Source of the DNA: Candidatus Ozemobacteraceae bacterium
Lineage (GTDB): Bacteria > Muiribacteriota > Ozemobacteria > Ozemobacterales > Ozemobacteraceae
DNA: 45,965 nucleotides
Direction: 5' to 3'
Assembly: GCA_017998915.1 (NCBI GenBank)
Contig: JAGOCE010000001.1
Coordinates: forward strand, 1 to 45,965
The notes beneath the pieces were generated by a model, which was given only the letters and a program-made list of their open reading frames with translations, searched no databases and was not told the origin of the DNA. The position numbers were made by a program, and so were the translations under genes. Shown one piece after another: positions 33,630 through 40,028 of the stretch; within the stretch, counting starts at the first letter, position 1, and every line of letters begins with the position of its first letter.

Positions 33630-35993
33630 TTGGCGATCGATCCCGTTGCGGCGCTTCTCGAAGACCTGTCGTCGCCTGACCCGACGATCAGGTTTTCCGT
33701 TCTGTCGCGCATCGAGGATGTCGAATGGACGGCCGATACGCTCGCGGCCTTCAAACGACGTGTCGCGGCTGAAGCGGACCCTGGAACGCGGTTCCAGATG
33801 CAGAAACTGCTGGCGCGGATCGAGCGAACGTCCGGAGCGGTTCCCGCGGGAGCTGAAGGAGCCCTGGCCGAACTCGAAGCCCTTCTGAAGGATTCGGGGC
33901 GCGACGATCTGAGCCTCGCGATCGTCATCGAAGGCTTCCGGCGCGGTGAGGCGCCGCTCGCCGCGATCGCTCTCCGCGAGGCCGGCTGGTGGAACTTTTC
34001 GGCCGAACTGCTCCCTTCGATCCTCCAGTTCTTCAAGAAATTCGGCTCGGTCGAGGATGTAGCCCAGATCGAGACGATGTGCCGGCACGCCGATCCGCGC
34101 GTCCTGACGACGGCGGTCGAAGCGCTCGAAAAGCTGAGCCCGGACAGCCTGAAAGACCTGATCGTCCCCCTGCTCGTGAACCCCGTTCACGGGATCCGTT
34201 CCCGGGCAATCCGGCTTCTCTACCGCTGGGATCCGCAGGAAGCGTTGAATCACTTCGAGGCGGCTTTGTTTTCCGAAGATGCGAACGACCGCAATGCCGC
34301 CCTTTTCCAGGCCTTCTTCTTCCCGTTTCCCGAGATCGAGTCGCTCATGCTCCGGTTCATCGCGATCGAGGATGCGCCGTCGCTGCTCGAGAAAGCCGGT
34401 TTCCTGTTCCGGGCGAATCCGGCTCCCGAGGAGCCCTTGCGGCTCCTCGAGGTTCGCGAGAACTGCCGCGGTGAGAAACGGAAGATCATAGGCGAGATCC
34501 TGTCGGGGGTGATCCAGTCCCTCCACCAGGCGGGGCTCGTCCAGAAAACGCCCGAACAGCTGACGCTCGAACTCGAGGAAGTCTACCAGCGTCGGAAGGC
34601 CCGGCAGCTCATCGAAGGATGCAGGCTTTCGCTTGCCTCGCAGGATGCCGAGACCCGGAAACAGGCGGCGCTGCGGCTGTGCGATTTCGCCCGCCTCGGA
34701 TACCCGGAGGCTCGCGACTGCCTCGAAGGCTGGATCGGCAGCGAGACGGATACCGACGTTCGAGCGGCGATACGCTCCCGCCTCGCGGCCCTCGATGAAA
34801 AAGCCGCGGCCGCCGCCGACCTGGACCTGCAGAAGCTGCAGCCGGAACAGCGTATGCGCCTGCTGGCCGGCCTCGACGGCGAACGATTCAAAAAGCTGAG
34901 GCCGAAACTCCGTGAGTTCCTGCGAAGCTGCTCGGCCGAAGAGCGGCTGTTGACGGTGCAGACCATCGGACGGGCAGGTGACAAGTCCGACGCGGCGCTG
35001 ATCACGGGGTATCTGACCGGCGGGGAACACGCCGTCGCCGCGGCGGCCATCGAAGCCCTGGGCGCCCTCGATCTCGACGTGCTATCGCCGTATCTGCCGA
35101 AACTGATCCAGCACTCGGCCGACGAGGTCCGGGCCGTCGCCGTCCGCGTGTTCGCGTTGTTCGACAAGAAACAGGCCCTCTCGCTGGTCGAAAAGATGTT
35201 CGCATCGATCCAGCCCAGGCAGCGGGCCTACGCGATCTCGTGCGCCTCGCAGTTCGACTTTCCCGCCGTTCGCGAAATGCTGATTTCCTCGCTCCAGCGG
35301 GAACAGGATCCTGAAAATATAGGTCAATATATAGCTATCTTCAAGGCGAACATGGACGAGGACCTCTGGATCAGCGTCTTCAGGATCGTCGAAAACACCC
35401 AGGGGACGCGGCAGGAGTTGCTGCTCGCCCTGTGCAGAGAGGCTTCGGAGAGCCTGTCTTCCGGTGGTCAGCCCCAGAAGCATTTCGAGTTCCTGAAAGG
35501 GAAGGCGCGGGCCCGCTTCGAGGCGGAGCGTGCGAAAAAGGCCACGGCCCAGCCGTCGTATGCCCTGTCGAACATCCAGAAGATCCGCAAACAACAGGCG
35601 CAAGGGGGAAAAGAACAGAAAACCGACCCTGGTCTGGTGCCGTTCGCGATCGTATCGTTCCTCGTGGGTGTGGTAGCTACGGCACTGATCTGGTTTCTCT
35701 TCCTCGCGCCACCTTCGGTGCCGCCGAAAAAGCCGGGAAAAACGGTGGAAACGGTCGCGAAGCCGAAATTCGACAAGCGGCCGAAAAACGTCTCCGGCAA
35801 CGTCACCGCGGTTTCGTCCGACGGGAAGCGTTTCACCCTGAAACTCGCCGGTGCTTCCGGTGAGGCCTATCTCATCGAGATCGGGACCGCCCTCGCCGCG
35901 CCTCCCGCAGTTGGGGATGAATTCAACGGCCAGATCAAACCTGTTTCGAAAGAGGGAAACGAGGTTCTCGCCCAACTGATCATGGCCTATTGA
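33630..35993 (+). CDS. HEAT-repeat protein with C-terminal TM helix and small extracytoplasmic domain
   Basis: TTG start immediately after the upstream TGA. Many HEAT/PBS-lyase-like units (DPTIRFSVLSRIEDV, DPRVLTTAVEALEKL, VHGIRSRAIRLL, AETRKQAALRL, EHAVAAAAIEALGAL, ADEVRAVAVRVFALF). TM helix GLVPFAIVSFLVGVVATALIWFLFL, then about 100 aa more. Confidence 0.82.
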   Translation: MAIDPVAALLEDLSSPDPTIRFSVLSRIEDVEWTADTLAAFKRRVAAEADPGTRFQMQKLLARIERTSGAVPAGAEGALAELEALLKDSGRDDLSLAIVIEGFRRGEAPLAAIALREAGWWNFSAELLPSILQFFKKFGSVEDVAQIETMCRHADPRVLTTAVEALEKLSPDSLKDLIVPLLVNPVHGIRSRAIRLLYRWDPQEALNHFEAALFSEDANDRNAALFQAFFFPFPEIESLMLRFIAIEDAPSLLEKAGFLFRANPAPEEPLRLLEVRENCRGEKRKIIGEILSGVIQSLHQAGLVQKTPEQLTLELEEVYQRRKARQLIEGCRLSLASQDAETRKQAALRLCDFARLGYPEARDCLEGWIGSETDTDVRAAIRSRLAALDEKAAAAADLDLQKLQPEQRMRLLAGLDGERFKKLRPKLREFLRSCSAEERLLTVQTIGRAGDKSDAALITGYLTGGEHAVAAAAIEALGALDLDVLSPYLPKLIQHSADEVRAVAVRVFALFDKKQALSLVEKMFASIQPRQRAYAISCASQFDFPAVREMLISSLQREQDPENIGQYIAIFKANMDEDLWISVFRIVENTQGTRQELLLALCREASESLSSGGQPQKHFEFLKGKARARFEAERAKKATAQPSYALSNIQKIRKQQAQGGKEQKTDPGLVPFAIVSFLVGVVATALIWFLFLAPPSVPPKKPGKTVETVAKPKFDKRPKNVSGNVTAVSSDGKRFTLKLAGASGEAYLIEIGTALAAPPAVGDEFNGQIKPVSKEGNEVLAQLIMAY
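35307..35336 (+). other. AT-rich synonymous-codon patch
   Basis: GAT CCT GAA AAT ATA GGT CAA TAT ATA GCT: 10 consecutive A/T-ending codons, in frame with 33630..35993. Confidence 0.8.
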
Positions 35994-36149
35994 AAGAAGC
36001 GTGAAGGTTGAAAGACGCTTGGGCAGCCGGTTTCTCTGGGCAAGCCGGGTGGTTCGCGAAGCGTCCCTACGAAATGTGGGTTTCCCTTCGATGTGTTGAG
36101 GCGCATCGTGATGCGCCCTGTACGCACGGATGCGTTTGGCCGGGGTTTC

Positions 36150-36179
36150 TTGACATTGCCGGTCTGGGGCACGTATGAT
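36150..36179 (+). promoter_or_regulatory. near-consensus sigma-70 promoter placing the transcription start at the STAS start codon (leaderless mRNA candidate)
   Basis: TTGACA (36150-36155), 18-nt spacer, TATGAT (36174-36179). The ATG at 36186 begins 7 nt after the -10 hexamer, and no SD sequence fits in between. Confidence 0.5.
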
Positions 36180-36185
36180 GCCCTC

Positions 36186-36530
36186 ATGAGCCAGTATACG
36201 TGCACGGGGGAAGCCAGGGGCACCGTGTTTGTCCTCAAAAGCACCGGCTACCTGGATGAAAACGCAGGAATGACCATGAGAAAAGCTGTCGAAGAGGCTT
36301 TCCCCAAGGGATTCCGGAATTTTGTACTCAATTTCGAGGGCTCGCCCGTGATCAATTCGCAGGGAATCGCCCAATTGATAGAAATCACCGAGATCGTCGT
36401 CGATGAAAAAAAAGGCAAGCTTGCCTTTACCGGTCTCAACGACCTGACGAGGAACGTGTTCAAGATGGTTGGCCTTCTCAGGATGGGAGACGCGTTTCCG
36501 ACCGAGGATGCCGCCGTCGGGTCTTTCTGA
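36186..36530 (+). CDS. STAS-domain anti-sigma-factor antagonist (SpoIIAA/RsbV family)
   Basis: The track ORF starts at 36093. The 114-aa product from the ATG at 36186 matches typical STAS length. LDENAGMTMRKAVEEA...NFVLNFEGSPVINSQGIAQLIEI...LAFTGLNDLTRNVFKMVGL carries the conserved phosphorylatable Ser context (INSQGI). Confidence 0.83.
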   Translation: MSQYTCTGEARGTVFVLKSTGYLDENAGMTMRKAVEEAFPKGFRNFVLNFEGSPVINSQGIAQLIEITEIVVDEKKGKLAFTGLNDLTRNVFKMVGLLRMGDAFPTEDAAVGSF

Positions 36531-36541
36531 ATACCGGGTGA

Positions 36542-36570
36542 TCGACAAAACGTCGATCTGCGGCTATATT
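36542..36570 (+). promoter_or_regulatory. candidate sigma-70-type promoter for the flagellin gene
   Basis: TCGACA (36542-36547), 17-nt spacer, TATATT (36565-36570). I found no sigma-28 type TAAA-N15-GCCGATAA. The predicted ~57-nt leader contains two copies of the self-complementary GGAGCTCC core (36579-36588, 36613-36621) next to the SD. Confidence 0.45.
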
Positions 36571-36633
36571 TAAGGTAGGGAAGCTCCCCGGAGGTTTTTT
36601 CTGTACAACATCGGGAGCTCCGAGGTGAAGCAC

Positions 36634-37416
36634 ATGGTCGAAAAAACATCGATGATGACCGCGAACAGGCTCGCCGAGATCCAGCGCTCACTCGAGAAAA
36701 CCGTGCAGCGCATCGCGTCCGGCAAGCAGATTCTCTCCGCTTCCGATGATGCCGCCGGCCTCGCGATGTCGATGGCGATCGAATCGCAGACGCGCAGCCT
36801 GACGGGGCAGATCGCCAACCGGCAGGATGAGATTTCGCTGCTGCAGACAGCCGAGGGGGGCATGTCCCAGATCGGCGAGATGACCCAGCGTATCCGCGAA
36901 CTGTCCGTGCAGGCGGCGAACGGCACCCTGACCACCGAGGACCGCCAGGCCATCCAGGCCGAGATTACCCAGCTCAACGCCGGCATCGACCAGATCACCG
37001 GCTCGACGAACTACAACACGAAGCCGCTGCTCGACGGCAGTCTGAATATCCAGCTCCAGAACGGCAACCAGTTCTCCATTCCGGCTCTCGACTCGGCGAC
37101 GCTCGGCACGTCGGCGATCGACGTCACGACCGTGAACGGCGCGAATGCCGCCATGACGGCCGCGGGGCGTGCGGGCGAGTCGGTCGTTTCCGAACGCTCT
37201 CGCATCGGTGCGATCACCAACGGTATCACCAGCGAGATCACGGGCCTCCAGCAGGAGCTGACGAATGCTCTTTCCGCTCAGTCGCGCATCAGCGACGTCG
37301 ACATGGCGCAGGCCGTTCTGCAGATGACGACGCAGCAGCTCCAGCAGGAAGCCACGATGCGGGTCTTCAAGATCGACGAGGCTTCCCGATCGAAGGTGCT
37401 TCAGCTGCTTTCCTGA
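36634..37416 (+). CDS. fliC: flagellin (short form, conserved N and C domains only)
   Basis: Start is the ATG at 36634 (GAGG 8 nt upstream) or the GTG at 36625. N-domain: RIASGKQILSASDDAAGLAMSMAIESQTRSLTGQIANRQDEISLLQTAEGGMSQI...RELSVQAANGT. C-domain: SERSRIGAITN...QSRISDVDMAQAVLQMTTQQLQQEA. About 260 aa, so no hypervariable domain. Confidence 0.87.
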   Translation: MVEKTSMMTANRLAEIQRSLEKTVQRIASGKQILSASDDAAGLAMSMAIESQTRSLTGQIANRQDEISLLQTAEGGMSQIGEMTQRIRELSVQAANGTLTTEDRQAIQAEITQLNAGIDQITGSTNYNTKPLLDGSLNIQLQNGNQFSIPALDSATLGTSAIDVTTVNGANAAMTAAGRAGESVVSERSRIGAITNGITSEITGLQQELTNALSAQSRISDVDMAQAVLQMTTQQLQQEATMRVFKIDEASRSKVLQLLS

Positions 37417-37438
37417 ACCATTCCCCGAAACGATGATG

Positions 37439-37467
37439 CCGCGGTCATTGACCGCGGTCATTTTTTT
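37439..37467 (+). terminator. rho-independent terminator of the flagellin gene
   Basis: CCGCGGTCA-t-TGACCGCGG (9-bp arms, 37439-37457), then TCATTTTTTT (T7 at 37461-37467). The T-run overlaps the last codons of the convergent hrpB gene. Confidence 0.6.
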
Positions 37468-40028
37468 CTCGGCGCGACGCGGCGTGTCGGAACGGCCGTG
37501 AACGGGTCTTCCGGCCAGGGATGGCGCGGATACTGGCCGCGCATCTCGCGTCTGAGCGCAGGGTAGGCGTTCAGCCAGAAGCTCCGCAGGTCCTGGGTGA
37601 TCTGGAGCGGCCTTCCGGCGGGCGAGAGCAGATGCACCAGCACGGGAACACGCCCGTCGACAACCTTCGGCGACTCGGTGAGGCCGAATAACTCCTGAAG
37701 CTTGACGGCCAGGACCGGCGACCCTTTCTGTTGGTACTCGAGGCGGATACGGCTTCCGGAAGGCACCGCCAGACGTTCTGGGACGAGCAGTTCGATGGCC
37801 TGCCGTTGCCTGTGGGTGAGGCGCGAGGTTACCTCCCGGCACAGATCGAGGCGCCGGAGTTCGGCGAAGCTTCTCGAGCCAAGGCAGATTTCGGGGAGAT
37901 GATCGGCCCACCACCCGGCATCGATGACCGGAAAGGAATACTCGGAAGCGGCACCGCGGAGCAGTTCGAGTCGCAGCAGAAGCTGATCGAACTCTTCCGG
38001 CCAGGCGAAGGCGCGGCGCAGGTCTTTTGCCGCCTCTGCCGCCAGGAACCGCGATGCCGCCTCCTGCTCGTCAGGGGCGATCGGCACGACCGCCTCTTCC
38101 AGCGGAAGATCGAGATATCGCTTTCGCCTGCGTGCGACGACTGCTTCCTTCTCCGGGTCGAAAAATACTTCCCGCTCGATTCCGACGGCGTAGGGAAACA
38201 GGTCGGCGAGCCAGGCCGGTTCCACGGCGGATGCCCAGCGGATCAGCGCCTCGTTTCCGATCCCCCGGCCTGTCGCCGCGTCGGCGGAAGGCACGGTGAT
38301 CAGCTCGGCGTCGCGTACGGAGCAGGTGGGGCTGAGGACAAGCCCGCGTCCTCCAACCATCCTGAATTGGAGACTGTTCTCGGAGCGCCTGCGCGCGACG
38401 CGGTCGGGATACCCGGCCAGCACTGTTTTCAGGAGAAGGATTTCACGATCGGCCCCTGACGGGCACGACGGTCCATTGGCGACATTTCCGACCAGGGCAG
38501 CGAGTTGCTGCGAGACGCGGTCGGCTGTCGCGGCAGCCCGCATGTCGATTCGGTCGCCAGGCCCGCGAAACCCGCATGCACGGGCCTCCTCGAGAAGGTC
38601 CAGTCGAAGGAGCAGGTCGCTGCGGGTGACGATGCGGGTCTCGCGGTCCTGAGTGCGCACGGCGATGTCGCGCTCCCCGAGAAGGGCCGCGAGATCGGCG
38701 CCCTGTTTCGCCATGCCGTGCCCGGCGGCGAACAGGAGCATGCGTGCGAGACGTGGCGCGGCCGGAATCTCGGCCATCTTCGCGCCGAGCTGGGTGATGG
38801 CGCCCGATCGGTCGAGGGCCCCGATCGTTTTCAGCAGTTCGAGGGCGGTGGCCATCGTCGGAGCTGGCGGGGCTTCGAACCAGCCGAAGGCTGTCGGATC
38901 GGGTTTGCCCCAGGCGGCGAGCGTCAGGAACACCCCAGCGAGATCGACGCGCTGGATGTCCGGGGGCGTCGCGTCGGGCAGGAGGACGTGGTCGGCTTCC
39001 GGCCAGAGACGGAGCACCCGCCCTGGCCCGAGGCGGCCGGCGCGGCCGGCGCGCTGTTCGGCACTTGCCTTGCTGATCCTTTCGAGCTGCAGCTTTTCGA
39101 GGCCCGTCTGCGGGTCGAGCCGCAGGATGCGGCACCAGCCGCTGTCGACGACGGTGGTGATCCCTTCGATCGTCAAGGACGTCTCAGCTATATTTGTAGA
39201 TATAATAATTCTTCGTTTTCCCGACGGCTTCAGGGCGTCGTCCTGTCGGTCAAGAGACAGGCTGCCGTGCAGGGGAACCAGCGAAACGTCGCGGATCGTT
39301 GTCGACTCCGAGAGAAGATCCATGGTTCTGGCGATTTCCCCGGCTCCCGGCAGGAAGACCAGCATGTCGCCGCGAAGTGGATCGTTCGCCAGTTCCCGAA
39401 CCGCTGCGTCGGCGGCCGCTCTGCAGATATCGTGACCCGGCTGTTTTAACGCCCACACCCGGGTGACGGGGTGGAGGAACCCCTTGCCCTCGAGCGACGG
39501 GCAGGGGGAGAGAAAGCGGCAGATCGGGGTCGGATCGAGGGTGGCAGACATGACGAGAATCCGCAGGTCCGGCCGTACCGTCTGCTGGATCTCGCGCGTC
39601 ATGGCCAGGCCGAGATCGGCCTGGAGACTGCGTTCGTGAAACTCGTCGAAGATGACGAGACCGACGCCCTCGAGGAACGGATCACCCTGGAGCCTGCGCG
39701 TCAGAAGCCCCTCGGTAAGGACTTCGAGACGGGTGGACGGCCCGGTGCGCTTGTCAAACCGCACCTGGTACCCGATCGTCTCGCCAAGGCGTGTCCCGTG
39801 AAGCGCCGCCATCCGTCGCGCCGATGACAGCGCCGCCACGCGGCGGGGCTGGAGCATCAGGATACGCCTGCCGGACAGCCACGTGTCCTCGAGGAGGGCG
39901 AGCGGTACGATCGTCGTTTTTCCCGCGCCGGGCGCGGCCGTCAGGACGAGGTTCCGGCCCTCCGCCAGGGTGCGCCGGATGCCGGGAATCGTTTCCGTGA
40001 TGGGAAACGAGGGGAGGGCTTTGCTCAT
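37458..40028 (-). CDS. hrpB: ATP-dependent RNA helicase HrpB (DEAH-box)
   Basis: The track ORF extends to 40457. The plausible start is the ATG at 40028 (MSKALPSFPITE...), which overlaps the upstream TAA by 1 nt. Motifs: I TAAPGAGKTT, II DEFHERS, SAT, TNIAETSLTIEG, QRAGRAGR, and a long HrpB-type C-terminal domain. Confidence 0.88.
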   Translation of the reverse strand: MSKALPSFPITETIPGIRRTLAEGRNLVLTAAPGAGKTTIVPLALLEDTWLSGRRILMLQPRRVAALSSARRMAALHGTRLGETIGYQVRFDKRTGPSTRLEVLTEGLLTRRLQGDPFLEGVGLVIFDEFHERSLQADLGLAMTREIQQTVRPDLRILVMSATLDPTPICRFLSPCPSLEGKGFLHPVTRVWALKQPGHDICRAAADAAVRELANDPLRGDMLVFLPGAGEIARTMDLLSESTTIRDVSLVPLHGSLSLDRQDDALKPSGKRRIIISTNIAETSLTIEGITTVVDSGWCRILRLDPQTGLEKLQLERISKASAEQRAGRAGRLGPGRVLRLWPEADHVLLPDATPPDIQRVDLAGVFLTLAAWGKPDPTAFGWFEAPPAPTMATALELLKTIGALDRSGAITQLGAKMAEIPAAPRLARMLLFAAGHGMAKQGADLAALLGERDIAVRTQDRETRIVTRSDLLLRLDLLEEARACGFRGPGDRIDMRAAATADRVSQQLAALVGNVANGPSCPSGADREILLLKTVLAGYPDRVARRRSENSLQFRMVGGRGLVLSPTCSVRDAELITVPSADAATGRGIGNEALIRWASAVEPAWLADLFPYAVGIEREVFFDPEKEAVVARRRKRYLDLPLEEAVVPIAPDEQEAASRFLAAEAAKDLRRAFAWPEEFDQLLLRLELLRGAASEYSFPVIDAGWWADHLPEICLGSRSFAELRRLDLCREVTSRLTHRQRQAIELLVPERLAVPSGSRIRLEYQQKGSPVLAVKLQELFGLTESPKVVDGRVPVLVHLLSPAGRPLQITQDLRSFWLNAYPALRREMRGQYPRHPWPEDPFTAVPTRRVAPRKK
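39186..39221 (-). other. AT-rich synonymous-codon patch inside hrpB (over helicase motif V region)
   Basis: Coding strand reads GGA AAA CGA AGA ATT ATT ATA TCT ACA AAT ATA GCT (GKRRIIISTNIA): 12 consecutive A/T-ending codons. Confidence 0.85.

Noticed and set aside
32340-36548. Very long minus-strand ORFs (896 aa at 32340..35030 and 488 aa at 35082..36548) antisense to the plus-strand scaffold operon.
   Set aside because: Their translations are R/G/E/P-rich low-complexity sequence with no motifs. The plus-strand frames have signal peptides, TPR, HEAT and STAS motifs, start/stop coupling and G/C-rich third positions. Long stop-free antisense frames are expected in GC-rich DNA. The same reasoning applies to 578..1366, 1637..2827, 5675..6457, 15567..16460, 17246..18070, 18503..19840, 21124..21996, 27653..28525, 28977..30017, 38505..39449 and 42110..43183.
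36578-36600. GGGAAGCTCCCCGGAGGTTTTTT after the STAS gene, considered as a rho-independent terminator.
   Set aside because: The only local stems are 4 bp with a 2-3 nt loop, too weak for an intrinsic terminator. The T6 run more likely belongs to the flagellin leader.
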